Below, piece by piece: positions 26,055 to 37,200 of a stretch of DNA of 64,000 nucleotides. The position numbers and the translations under genes were made by a program. The notes under the pieces were generated by a model. That model did not search any database. It had not been told where the DNA came from and worked only from the letters and a program-made list of their open reading frames with translations. Origin of the DNA: an uncultured Gemmatimonadaceae bacterium (GTDB taxonomy: Bacteria; Gemmatimonadota; Gemmatimonadetes; Gemmatimonadales; Gemmatimonadaceae); the NCBI GenBank assembly GCA_963761305.1, contig CAVXGK010000002.1:256001-320000 (forward strand), written 5' to 3'. The stretch's first letter is position 1. Each line of letters begins with the position of its first letter.

Positions 26055-28568
26055 TTAGTGCTTCTCTTTGGTGTCCGTCACGACCGCTGCGTCTTCTGCG
26101 CGCTTCATCCTGAACGCATCACTCCGCACGACCCCATTCACGAACGACGAGAAACGGTAGTCGCTGCGTCTCAGCCTGCTTGGCGATGGCGCGGATCGTG
26201 GGCTGGTCGAAGTCCTCGACGCGGCGCCCGAGCGCGTATGCCATCAGGTTCTCGGTGAACGCACGCACGAGCGGGATCGGCCGCTTGAGCAGCGCGTTCG
26301 TCAGATCGACGGGCGTCTGGATCGGCGTGCCGTCGTACAGGTTGCCGCGCGTGTCGAGCAGCATCGCCGTTCTCGCGATACCGCCATTTGCCGGTGACGT
26401 CGAAGTTGTCCAGCGCGAGGCCGATCGGGTCCATGTACTGGTGGCACGCGTTGCACGTCGGATTCGTGCGATGGATCTCCATCCGCTCGCGCGTCGTGAG
26501 CGGATGGCCGTCCTTGCCGTCCTGCGGTCTCGTCGAGCGTCGGAACGTTCGGCGGCGGCGGCGGCGGCGGCATGCCGATCAGCACTTCCATCACCCACTT
26601 GCCGCGCAGCACCGGCGACGTGCGATTCGGCGAGCGACGTCTGCACGAGAGAGCTGCCCTGGCCGAGCAGGCCGCGCCGCGTGCTCGTCCGGATACTCGA
26701 CGCGGCGGAAGTCGGGGCCCGACACGTTCGGAATGCCGTAGTGGCGCGCGAGCCGCTCGTTCACGTACGTGTAGTTCGCGTTGAAGAACGTCGAGGATGC
26801 TCTTGTCGTTGCGCACGACGTCCTGGAAGAACAGCTCCGTCTCGCGACGCATCGTCGTCGGCGAGCTGCTGGTCGTAGTCCGGGAAGAGGAATGCGTCCG
26901 GATGAACCTTGTCGAGGTCCTGCAGCCGCAGCCACTGATCGGCGAACCGCGTCGCCAGCGCGCTCGGCTCGCGGATCGGCCAGCATGCGGTGCACCTGCG
27001 CGGTCGAGCGTTTTCGGGTCGGACAGCTTCTTCTGCTCGGCCGCCTTGAGCAGTTCGTCGTCCGGGATGCTGCCCCAGATGAAGAACGACAGCCGCGACG
27101 CGAGGTCGAGGTCGCTGATCTGATAGTTCTGGCCGGGCGCCACGTTCGCCGGCACCGGCTCGAATCGGAACACGAAGTACGGGCTGGACAGAATCGCCTG
27201 CAGCGCCGACCGGATGCCTTCTTCGAAGCCGCCGCTCTTGGCGCCCTCGGTGTAGAAGTTCATCAGGCCGTCGCGGTCGTGCTTGGTGAGCGGCCGGCGA
27301 TACGCGCGCGTGCCGAGTCGATCGACGATCTGTTCGGCGCAGGCGTGCTCGGACAGCGTCTTGGACGGGTGGCACGAGAAGATCAGGCGGCGGCTCTTCG
27401 AATCCGAGATGCCGGTGATCTTCGAGGGGCCGATGACCGTCAACTCCATGAGGTGCGGTGGCGTCGTCGTGCCGGCGCTCGCGTTGCCATTCGACGCCAT
27501 CGACCAATCGTGCGGCCGAATGAGATCCTCGTAGGGACCATCCGTGCGGCGCACGAACGCGGCCGACACGAGCTGCTGGCCGGCCTTCACCGGAATCGGA
27601 TCGCTGACGTAGAGGTCTGCGCCGAGTGGCGCGTCGGCGGACGCCGCCGTCCGGTTCACGCCCTTTTCGTAGTGAAAGAGCGACGCGCGCTGGCCGTCGA
27701 TCGAGATGTCGACGTCCTCGAGGTGCGTGCCGACGCCGCCTTCGATCACCATGCGGAACTGATAGAGGCCGTCGGCGGGGAACACGTAGTTGGCGACGAT
27801 CCCGCCGCGCGTGCCGAAGGGCGCACCCTCGACGTGATCCCACGGATGCTGCGACGCGAACGGCGAGGACTTGTACGTCGTCTGCGTGAGCGCCGCGTTC
27901 TTGTCGCCCAGCGCGAGCCGGCTCACCGACGACGCGGCGTTGAGGTACGCGTCCAGCAACGTCGGCGAGAGGATCTGCGCGTCGGCGATGTTGTCGAAGT
28001 TCGCGCTCTTGGTGTCGAGCGGCAGCCAGTCGCCGGCACTCACCTCGAGGCCGATGAGGTCGCGCACGGAGTTCTCGTACTCGGCGCGATTGAGACGCTG
28101 GAACGTGCGCGTGCCCGGATTGGGCTTGGCGGCGCGATCGATGACTTGTTCGATCGTCGCGACCAGCTGCGTCAGCGTGTCGCCTCCCGGACGCGGCGCG
28201 CCCGGGAGCGGCATCATCTCGGTGCGCAGCTTCTTGATCATCTTTTCCGACGCCGCCCACCGCGAAGGCGCGGCCGCGACGTCGTAGTGCTCTAATGAGA
28301 GATTGCCGACCATCATCTGGTCGTTGTGGCAATCGGTGCAGTATTGATCGACGACCGCGTTCAGGGCGCTGATCGGAATCGTCGGCGCGGGGCCGGGACG
28401 AGTCGCGTGGCGCGGTGGCTTCGCCGGATGTCTTGGACGAGGTGTTTCGTGCGACGTGTTGGGCCGCAAGTAGTTAGGGGCTCGTGTCCCCGTCGCGGTG
28501 CCGACCGAAAAGGCCACCGCGGCACTCACCGCCGCAACCGATGCAAACACGATCTTCATGCTCGACAA
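26055..28568 (-). CDS. DUF1592/1588/1587/1595/1585 protein with c-type heme motifs, many frameshifts in 3' third
   Basis: CTDCH and CNACH; RLNRAEYENSVRDL; DLASRLSFFIWGSIPDDELL; RTSPVLRGKWV; LMAYALGR. Confidence 0.88.
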
Positions 28569-28757
28569 TCTCCCGGAAGGGCCGGTTTGTCGCGTCGTTG
28601 TGTCGTGCGGCTACGCGTATGTCCAGTGGTCGCCAACGCTCGACAACGGGGGTGGGAGGCCCCGACGTCAAGATGCATACGCACCAACACTATCAAGCGT
28701 TTAGCCCCTCTTGGCAACCCTTGACCCGTCATCTATCCCGCGGCCGAGCTCCCTGGC

Positions 28758-28794
28758 AAAGAAAGAGGCGCCCGGCCGGCTGGCCGAGCGCCTC
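28758..28794 (-). terminator. Rho-independent terminator
   Basis: GAGGCGCCCGGCC/GGCCGAGCGCCTC stem; minus strand continues TTTCTTT. Confidence 0.7.
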
Positions 28795-28840
28795 CTGTCC
28801 ACTCGTCCCTCGGGCGTGTTCGCCCCGGACGGTAACTCGA

Positions 28841-29527
28841 TCAACCGCCGCCGGTGCAGTAGGTGCAGTTTTTTTCCTGCGCGCGGTTCACTCCCCACGT
28901 TCCGGACGGGATGAGCGGGATGCCCGGGATCAGGTTCGCCGCCCACTCCTTGGCCGCGGCCTCCTTGGTCACCTTGGCGTTGGCGGCAAACTCGGCGCTC
29001 AGGAACTGGAGCGCGACGTTGCAGGCGCCGAAGATGGTGCCCTTCGCCATGAGCTTGTCGATCGCCATGTCGTCGATCGGCAGCGAGCCCGGTTTGGGCT
29101 TGTACATGAGGTTCTTCGTGGCCGGCGCCTTGGTCCCCCCGTCCGTGAACTTGATGCCTTCGCCGATCTTGTACTTCGCCCACATGGCGTCGTTCAACGC
29201 GAACGGCATCGCGAAATGACGGAGCACCATCACCGTCCCGACCTGCGCCGGCGGTGGCTGGACGAGGTAGAACGAAAACACGAACGCAAACGGGAAGCCC
29301 TCATTGGGCTGGTAGGCGTCGACGAGCTGCTTGTGCGTGCCCTTCAACCCGTCGAGCCAATGCTCCGGGTCGGCAGCCCCATTCGCGCGAGCCTCGGCCC
29401 AAGCTTCCCACGGATCGATCGCCGAGGCGAGGGTCAACCCCGCCGCTCCCGCTCCCGCTGCCGCAAGCTTCCCGAAAAACGCGCGCCTGCCCTGGTTGTC
29501 CGACTCGGTCGGTGGACGATCGTGCAT
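28841..29527 (-). CDS. Tat-exported DsrE/DsrF-like protein
   Basis: GRRAFFGK Tat motif; GGAGG RBS; GTIFGACNVAL..IPSG..AQEKNCTY pattern of DsrE-like fold. Confidence 0.65.
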   Translation of the reverse strand: MHDRPPTESDNQGRRAFFGKLAAAGAGAAGLTLASAIDPWEAWAEARANGAADPEHWLDGLKGTHKQLVDAYQPNEGFPFAFVFSFYLVQPPPAQVGTVMVLRHFAMPFALNDAMWAKYKIGEGIKFTDGGTKAPATKNLMYKPKPGSLPIDDMAIDKLMAKGTIFGACNVALQFLSAEFAANAKVTKEAAAKEWAANLIPGIPLIPSGTWGVNRAQEKNCTYCTGGG

Positions 29528-29651
29528 GCTTCCTCCCCGGCGCGCTGGCGCCGCTGTGGTGGGTGGTTCCTTCAGCACGTCAGAGCAAAACCGAAGTGAC
29601 TTGGACCGCGGACAGCCCGTCCCCCGGCCCCCGACTCAGTACGACCCGCGA

Positions 29652-30623
29652 CTACGCCGGCTTCAGCTCGCGGTACCACGCCTCGAACGCACGCTGATAG
29701 AAGATCTTGTTGAAGAGCGTCCACTCTCCGAGAGACGGCGGCAGCGAGAACTTTGCGCCGAGATCCGCGGGTGTCGTTCCGGCCGCGAGTCCGGCGCGCG
29801 CTGCGTGTTCGACCTCGTCGAGCATCGACACGTAGCGATCGTACTCCGCACCGCGACCCAGCGGCCCGTGTCCCGGCACGTAGAGCGTGTCGCGCGTGCG
29901 GCGCAGGGCGCGGACCGAGCTTGCGAGCTTGGTTGGAATCGCGTCGACGAAGTTCGGAAACATGGCATTCCAAAACAGATCCCCCGCAAAAACGATCGAG
30001 GGCTCGTCGAGTTCCAACGAGATATCGCTTTCAGTGTGCCCGAGTCGCGGCACGACGTGGACGACGCGGCCGCCCAAGTCGAAACTGGTCGGTTCGGTGG
30101 CGGTGATCAGCACCGAATCGCGAACCGCGGCGCCGCGCGACGCATCATCCGGCTTGTTGCGCTCGATCACCAGGTCGCGAGTGCGCGCGGTCGCGCGCAC
30201 GACGGGATGGTCGTTCTCCGTGAGATATCCGGCGACCCCGTTCGCGTGGTCCGAGTGATAGTGCGTGAGCGCGACGTGTGTCGGCCATCGCCCCGTGAGC
30301 TCGCGCGATTTGCCGGCGAGCCACTGCGCGCCTGCCGGTTTGTTGAAGCCCTCGATCGCGAGGACGGCGTTGCGGCCAACGATGATGCCGCCGTTGGACA
30401 CGGTCGTACTGTCGCCGTTGAGCGGCGTCGAGACGAGAGCCCACACACCGTCGGTGATGCGCTCGAGGTTGCCGAACGGTTCGCGCGCGACGCTGCGCGA
30501 GGTAGACGCGGACCAGAGCGACTCGGCAGCCGCGGGCATGACTCCGGCAGCGAGCGCCAGATGCGCCGCGCACGAGCCTGATTGAGCAAGGAACTCACGG
30601 CGGCTGACGCTCGAATCTGTCAT
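29652..30623 (-). CDS. Tat-exported metallo-beta-lactamase-fold hydrolase (cyclase-like)
   Basis: SRREFL; THYHSDH, GHTESD, FAGDL, VPGHG. Confidence 0.9.
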   Translation of the reverse strand: MTDSSVSRREFLAQSGSCAAHLALAAGVMPAAAESLWSASTSRSVAREPFGNLERITDGVWALVSTPLNGDSTTVSNGGIIVGRNAVLAIEGFNKPAGAQWLAGKSRELTGRWPTHVALTHYHSDHANGVAGYLTENDHPVVRATARTRDLVIERNKPDDASRGAAVRDSVLITATEPTSFDLGGRVVHVVPRLGHTESDISLELDEPSIVFAGDLFWNAMFPNFVDAIPTKLASSVRALRRTRDTLYVPGHGPLGRGAEYDRYVSMLDEVEHAARAGLAAGTTPADLGAKFSLPPSLGEWTLFNKIFYQRAFEAWYRELKPA

Positions 30624-30842
30624 CTATGTGCTCGTGCGCGATTTCGTGGCTCGCGAGTGACCAAGCCGAACTACGTCGTTCGGCCAATTGCTCGACGCAC
30701 GAAGTCTCGCAAGTCAAGGCTCGGCGGGCAACTGAGCGCGGCGTGCTCAACCGAAGCTTCGGGTCCCTCGCGACGACGTGGGCGTACGAATTGCCTTGTC
30801 TTGGCGTCATTCAATTCACGTCGGTTACACGGAGGAGTTTGG

Positions 30843-31484
30843 ATGACGCGATACATGGCAATCACTTTGGGCGTGCTCGTTGGCGCGGCGGCGTGCGCGA
30901 CTGGCACGCGCGTCGAGTCCGCCGGCGAAGTCGCGCCGGCGACGCCGCGAACGGGAGCGGTGCTCCCAGCGGGCACAACGATGCGAGTTCGTCTGAACGA
31001 ATCAGTTGGTACGACGACCAGTCACGAAGGCGACCAGTTCACCGCGACGGTCGTCGAGAACGTCGTGGCGGAGAACGGCGTGGCCGCGGTGCCGGAGGGC
31101 TCGATGCTCTTCGGGCGTGTCACGGGAGTGCACCATTCGTCGATCGAGAACGAGCACTCGGTGATCCGCCTCGCATTTGACAGTATCCGCGTTCGCGGAA
31201 ACAGCTATCCGTTCGACGCCAGCATTACGAACGTCAACGTCGACCAAGAGGTGACGGATCCGACGAAGGCGTCGGTGGCCAAGGACGCGGGCGTCGGCGC
31301 GATCGCCGGCGCGGCGTTCGGCGCGATCCTCGGCGGCGCCGAGCTGTCGAAGATCATCACCGGCGGTTTGTTGGGCGCGGCGGCCGGCACGGTCGTCTCG
31401 CTTGGAACGGGAACCACGCAGTCGGTGATTCCGTCCGGCACGCACATGACCGTTCGTTCGGTCGAAGTCGTGCGGATGCGATAG
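30843..31484 (+). CDS. Lipoprotein with beta-rich domain and glycine zipper
   Basis: GGAGG RBS; GAAA-C lipobox; LPAGT..GDQFTA..VPEGS; GAIAGAAFGAILGG zipper. Confidence 0.8.
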   Translation: MTRYMAITLGVLVGAAACATGTRVESAGEVAPATPRTGAVLPAGTTMRVRLNESVGTTTSHEGDQFTATVVENVVAENGVAAVPEGSMLFGRVTGVHHSSIENEHSVIRLAFDSIRVRGNSYPFDASITNVNVDQEVTDPTKASVAKDAGVGAIAGAAFGAILGGAELSKIITGGLLGAAAGTVVSLGTGTTQSVIPSGTHMTVRSVEVVRMR

Positions 31485-31490
31485 CGCCGT

Positions 31491-32570
31491 CTACTTCGGC
31501 GCTTTCCAGGTTCCGGAGTCGGGCAGCACTGGGGCAATGTTGACCAGGGTTGCCCGAGCTGCCATCGACGGGACGCCACGGATGAACGTGACGAGCCCGT
31601 CGATCGGCGCGTGGATCTCGCCGGTCGGGCGGCCGAGGAAGTCGGTCGTCCGGCCGAGGACCTGTCCTTTCGTCACCCGAACGTCACGCGCCACCAGCGG
31701 GAAGAACACGCCGGCGCTGTCGGCCAGCACGCGTGAGCCGGCGCCAGCCAGCCAGGTGACGTGTTTGACCGGCGTCACCCGCCGGTCGAGCATCTTGAGC
31801 GCGGCGAGCACGTTGAGAGAACCATCAACGAGAGACGCTAAATCCGCGGCGCCGACGATTCCGCTGCGGCCAGCTTCGGCCACGAGCACCGTCTTCCCGC
31901 GCACGAGCGCCTGCCCCGACAGCGACCGCCCGGCTGTGGGCGACGACGGATCCACGTCGGTGACGATGATGTGGTCGAGCCCGAAGGCGAGCGCGAGGCG
32001 CAGTCCGGCCGAATCCTGCGCCGCGCGGCCGCCGCGGAACCAGTAGCTGTACGGACGCAGATCCTCATCGAGGTCGCCGCCGTGCAGATCGACGACGACG
32101 TCCGCCGGCGTGACGATCTGCTCGGTCACGGCGGCGAGCGCGCGCTGCGTCTGCGTTCCGTTGGCGTCGCCGGGGTACAGGCCGTTCATGCTCTTGCGGT
32201 CGATCGGATTCACGTGCGGCGTCATCATCTCGAACGAGTACACATTCAGCAGCGGCGCCACGATCACCGTGCCGGCGAGCCGTGCGGGCGCGATCTGCGC
32301 GATGAGTCGCTGCATGGCGATGATCGACGTGTATTCGGTGCCGTGGCTGCCCGCCACGAACGCCACGACAGGGCCGGGTCGCGCTCCGCGAATGACCGCG
32401 ACCGGCATCGAGAGCGCCGAGTCGGAGCCGGCGGCGATCGCGATCGCGCCGTACGACGTTTGCCCCGGCGCGGCGTGCGCCGAGCCCACCGCGAACGGTG
32501 TCGATTGCTGGGCGCCGAGCGCGCCGGCGAAAACGACCGCCGGCGCGATGCGAGCAATGGCGCGCTTCAC
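31491..32570 (-). CDS. Succinylglutamate desuccinylase/aspartoacylase (M14-like), exported
   Basis: AGSHGTE, MNGLYPG, VDLHGGD, AEAG, C-terminal biotinyl-like domain; start overlaps upstream stop. Confidence 0.88.
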   Translation of the reverse strand: MKRAIARIAPAVVFAGALGAQQSTPFAVGSAHAAPGQTSYGAIAIAAGSDSALSMPVAVIRGARPGPVVAFVAGSHGTEYTSIIAMQRLIAQIAPARLAGTVIVAPLLNVYSFEMMTPHVNPIDRKSMNGLYPGDANGTQTQRALAAVTEQIVTPADVVVDLHGGDLDEDLRPYSYWFRGGRAAQDSAGLRLALAFGLDHIIVTDVDPSSPTAGRSLSGQALVRGKTVLVAEAGRSGIVGAADLASLVDGSLNVLAALKMLDRRVTPVKHVTWLAGAGSRVLADSAGVFFPLVARDVRVTKGQVLGRTTDFLGRPTGEIHAPIDGLVTFIRGVPSMAARATLVNIAPVLPDSGTWKAPK

Positions 32571-33484
32571 TATTTGACCTCGAACTCCTTCACCATGCCG
32601 TGCTCCAGGTGCGGTTTGCCATCCTTCATGTCGCCGATGAAGCACAGCATCGCGTACTTGCCAGGGGTCAGGTTGGCCGTGAAGTACGACACCTGCTTCG
32701 GAAGTCCGGCCGAGACGCCGCCGATCAGATCGATCGGCGGTGGACCGCTCGGACCCTGCGGCGACATCGCGACGGCCATGAACTCACCCAAGTCCTTCAT
32801 CGTCTTGCCAGGCGCAAACCGAACGATCTCGACCTCGTGTGGCTGAGGGCCGCCGTTCGAAACCTTGAACGTGTGCGAGCCGGCGGTCGTCAGCGGCCCG
32901 GTCGTCTCGAACTTGTAGTCACTCAGCGCGACCGTCACATCGGCGGTCGGCTCGGCAGCGGGAGTACCAGTTGCGGCGGCGACTTTGAACGCGCGGACCA
33001 TGCCCTTGTCCAAATGCGCCACGTGCCCTGGAATGTCCACGAGGCAGACGATCGCGTAGTTGCCCGGTTCGAGGTTGACCATCGCGTCGCTCTCGGTGCC
33101 CGGGTTCGGAGCATTCGGGCCGGCGACGAACGTCATCCATGCTGCCGGCGGACCCTTGCCACCGATCAGGGCGTCGAGCGCCGGAACGAGATCCTTCACC
33201 GTCTTTCCGCTGTCGAGACGGACGAACTGAACGTGATGGATGTTCGGACCGTCGTTCATCAGATGGAACGTCGTCCAGCCGGCGTTCACCGAATCGGGCG
33301 CGTCGAACGCGAAATCCTTCGTGTGAATGACGGCGACGTGTGTCGTGGGATCGTAGGATGCCTTCGACGCGGCCGCGCCTTCCTGCGCGACCTTCGGCGA
33401 ATCGGGTTTGGCGGCGTCCTTTTGACTACACGCGCAAAGTGCGATCGCGGCGGCGGCGCCGAACGATCCGATGATTCGTTGCAT
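32570..33484 (-). CDS. Lipoprotein with two cupredoxin-like domains
   Basis: LCA-C lipobox; GAGG RBS; two H...C-x9/10-H-x3-GM motifs. Confidence 0.8.
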   Translation of the reverse strand: MQRIIGSFGAAAAIALCACSQKDAAKPDSPKVAQEGAAASKASYDPTTHVAVIHTKDFAFDAPDSVNAGWTTFHLMNDGPNIHHVQFVRLDSGKTVKDLVPALDALIGGKGPPAAWMTFVAGPNAPNPGTESDAMVNLEPGNYAIVCLVDIPGHVAHLDKGMVRAFKVAAATGTPAAEPTADVTVALSDYKFETTGPLTTAGSHTFKVSNGGPQPHEVEIVRFAPGKTMKDLGEFMAVAMSPQGPSGPPPIDLIGGVSAGLPKQVSYFTANLTPGKYAMLCFIGDMKDGKPHLEHGMVKEFEVK

Positions 33485-33619
33485 TTCTCCTCTCACATTC
33501 CAGGTGGGCGCGGCGGTGACCCAGGGCGAGTCGGGCGCCGGGGGGGTGAATGTAGCCTTCCTCGATTCGTCGTGCGACGCGCTGGACGACGGGCGCTTGG
33601 AAGCAGATAATCCTCCGCC

Positions 33620-34168
33620 ATGGCCGAAACCCGCCGCTGGTACACCGAACCCGAAACCTTCGTCGCCGTCGCGGCGCTGATCGTCAGCCTCTCCGCGCTG
33701 GGCGTCGGCGTGTACGAGGCGTCGCTCCAGCGCGACCACGATCGCGCCGAGGTATGGCCACAACTCGAGGTCGGGGTGTTCGTTGGATCGGCCGGAGCGA
33801 AGGTGCAGGCCGGCAACACGGGGCTCGGTCCCGCGGTCGTACAGTCAATCGACGTGTCAGTGGACGGGCACCCTCAATCGGATTGGCTGGCCGCGCTCAA
33901 AGTGCTGATGGGGGACTCGGCCCAGACGGACGAAAACAACACGATCTTTCACCACAGCCTCCGACCGGGCGATCGTGTGAACTTGCTGGCGCTGCCTGCC
34001 AAATCGTTGCCGACACCGTTTTGGAAGCAGATGGGGAGAGTCGTTGTGTCGATCTGCTACCGCTCCGTGTTCGACCAGCGATGGCTAGTCGTGGACACGC
34101 TCGGCCATGCGGACCAGTGGACGGTTGCCAAGGCGTGTCCGCGGCAGAGCGCGAGCGCCGATTTCTAG
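33620..34168 (+). CDS. Hypothetical single-TM protein
   Basis: N-terminal TM; NTGLGPAVV and CYRSVFDQRW motifs. Confidence 0.7.
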   Translation: MAETRRWYTEPETFVAVAALIVSLSALGVGVYEASLQRDHDRAEVWPQLEVGVFVGSAGAKVQAGNTGLGPAVVQSIDVSVDGHPQSDWLAALKVLMGDSAQTDENNTIFHHSLRPGDRVNLLALPAKSLPTPFWKQMGRVVVSICYRSVFDQRWLVVDTLGHADQWTVAKACPRQSASADF

Positions 34169-34270
34169 GCGCCACAACAAGGGCGGCCGCTTGCCGCGCC
34201 GGTGGTCACCGCCCAGAATCAGACGTCGCCATCGGCGGCGACACCATCTTCAACACTCGCAGAGGCACGT

Positions 34271-37200
34271 ATGCGTCGTCCCATCGGACTCGCGGCGTCG
34301 ACCGCGCTCAATGGATTGCTGGCCCTGGCGCTCGTCGCGCTGCCCGCCACAGCACAACGCGGACGTGGCGGCGGCGACTCGACCACCGGCCGCGGGCTGC
34401 CTTTCACTCCGACGCACGCCCTCAAGTTCACCACGGACGAGGGAACATGGCTTTCGCTCGACCTCTCGCCCGACGGAAACTCGATCGTCTTCGAGTTGCT
34501 GGGCGATCTGTACACGCTGCCCGTGAGTGGTGGCAAGGCAACGCGGATCACGAGCGGCCAGGCGTACGATGCGATGCCGCACTACTCACCCGACGGCAAG
34601 GAAGTCGTTTTCGTCAGCGACCGGTCGGGATCGGACAACGTCTGGCTGGCCAATGCCGATGGTACCAATCCCCGCCAGATCACGCGCGACAACAACAACA
34701 CGCATTTCCAGTCGCCCACGTTCACGCCCGACGGCAAGTACATCATCGTTTCGCAGGGGAACGACTTGCAGATGTACTTCGCGCACGGCGGCACCGGCGG
34801 CTTTCGCCTCACAGGTGACACGACGGCTGGTCGCGGCGGCGCAGCGGCCGGTGGCGGGCGTGGGGGCGCAGCGCCGAACGTGTTCCTCGGCCCGACGGTG
34901 ACCAAAGACGGCCGCTACGTCTACACCGCCATGCGAAACAGCACCGGCGGCGGCTACAACCAGACGGCGCTCGGCTGGCAGATCGGCGTACTCGATCGCG
35001 AGACCGGCCGCATCTTCACGAAAACGAACGAAGTCGGCAGCGGGATGCGTCCGGAGCTGAGCCCCGACGGCCGCTGGCTTGCCTTCGCGACCCGCAACGG
35101 CGCCGACGAATCGCTCGTGCTCAAGGAGCTGGCCAGCGGCGACCAGCGCATTCTGCTTCCGAAGGTGCAGCGCGACGACCAAGAGTCGCGCGCGAACCGC
35201 GACGTCTTCCCGACGTACGCGTTCACGCCGGATTCGAAGTCGATCATCATCGGGCACCACGGACATTTTTGGCGCGCTGACGTGGCGACCGGGAAGGAAA
35301 CGATGATCCCGTTCACGGCCGACGTCGACCAGATGATCGCCGGGCCCCAGCATTTTCAGTACGCGTACAACGACACGAGCATGGTCGTGCGCCAGGTCCG
35401 CGATGTGAAGCCGTCGCCTGACGGCAAGCGCCTCGCCTTCGTCGCGCTCGATCGCGTGTGGACGATGGACCTGCCGAACGGCACGCCGAAGCGTCTCACC
35501 GAAAACGATGGGATCGGGCAATTCCAGCCCGCCTGGTCGCCCGATGGACAGTACATCGCCTACGTCACGTGGAACGACGTCGACGGCGGCACGGTGTCGC
35601 GCACACGCGCGGACGGCAGTGGTCGGCCGGAAAAGCTGACGAGCAAGCCGGCGTACTACGAGAAGCCCGCATACTCGAACGACGGCCAGCGGATCGTCGT
35701 CGGTCGCGGCCCGCGCAACATGCACAAGGATCTGCGTGAGGATGAGCGCCCGCCGGCGGCGGCGATCGGCGTCGAGCTCGTATGGCTCCCGGGCACCGGT
35801 GGCAACGAAACGGTGATCGCGCCGATCTCGAACTTCGGCCGTCCGCATTTCGTGACGTCGGATCCCGATCACGTGTATTTCGCCGAGGGGACGCAGCTCG
35901 TTTCGATGCGATGGGACGGCACCGATCAGAAGACGATTCTGCGCTCGGCCGGCGGCGGTGGGCGCGGCGGTGGTGGCGGTGGCGGTGGTGCCGGCGAGAT
36001 GATGATGTCGCCCGACGGCAGCAAGGTTCTCGTGCAGGTCGAGGACCAGGGCGGCCCGCGCGTGTACCTCATCGAAGACGTGCCGAGAGCGCCCAACGGC
36101 GCGGCGATCAACTCGACCAACCCGGCGCAGTCCGAAGTGCCCGTGCGCAAGGTGACGGGAATCGGCGGCGAGTTCGCGACGTGGGCCGCCGACGGCCGTC
36201 ACATCTACTACGCGCTCGGCCACTCGCTGTTCACATACGATCTCAATGCTGCCGACGCAGCGGTTCGCGATTCGACGGCGCAAGCGGCGGCACGCCTCGC
36301 GCAGGCGGACAGCGCGGCCGGTGGCGCGCCGGGCGGCGGACGTGGCGGGCGTGGCGGAGCGCCGGCCCGGCCGATCTACGAGGCGACGCGCTTCGACGTG
36401 GCGATCACCGTGAAGAAGGACCGCCCGTCGGGCACCGTCGTGCTGCGCGGCGCGCGCATTCTGACGATGAAGGGGAGTGAAGTCATCCCGAAGGGCGACA
36501 TCGTGGTGAAGGACAACCGCATCGTCGCCATCGGACCGCAAGGAAAGGTGCAGATCCCGTCGGGCGCGAAGGAGTACGACGTCTCAGGCAAGACGATTCT
36601 GCCGGGCTACGTCGACGTGCACGCGCACATCTGGCCGGCGTTCAACATCCACCGATCGCAGCCGTGGGAGTATCTCGTCAACCTCGCTTACGGCGTGACG
36701 ACGACGCGCGACCCGCAGACGTCGACCACGGACGTGCTGTCCTACAGCGACATGGTGGAGGCCGGCGAGTTCATCGGGCCGCGCATCTACGCCACCGGTC
36801 CCGGCGTCTTCCAGCAAACGAACATCCGGACGATCGAGGAGGCGCGCGACGTCCTCAAGAAATACTCGGAGTTCTACAATACCGAAACCATCAAGCAGTA
36901 CATGTCGGGCGACCGGCGCACGCGCCAGCTCATCATCATGGCGGCGCGGGAGCAGGGACTCACGCCGACGCTCGAGGGCGGCCTCGATTTCAAGAAGAAC
37001 ATGACCGAGGCGATGGACGGCTACATGGGGAGCGAGCACACGCTGCCGATCGCTCCGCTCTACAAGGACGTCCTGACACTGCTCAAGGAGTCCGGCACGA
37101 CGTGGACGCCGACGCTCATCGTGCAGTACGGCGGTCCGTGGGCCGAGAACTACTGGTACGAGCACAGCGACGTCGCGAGCGATCAGAAGCTGCGGCGCTT

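Noticed and set aside
24627..28568. Programmed frameshifting or true pseudogenes
   Set aside because: Too many breaks, no slippery sites seen, motifs intact; sequencing error is more parsimonious
29652..30623. Antibiotic-resistance metallo-beta-lactamase
   Set aside because: Has only the generic HxHxDH fold motifs; resembles cyclase-like MBL proteins
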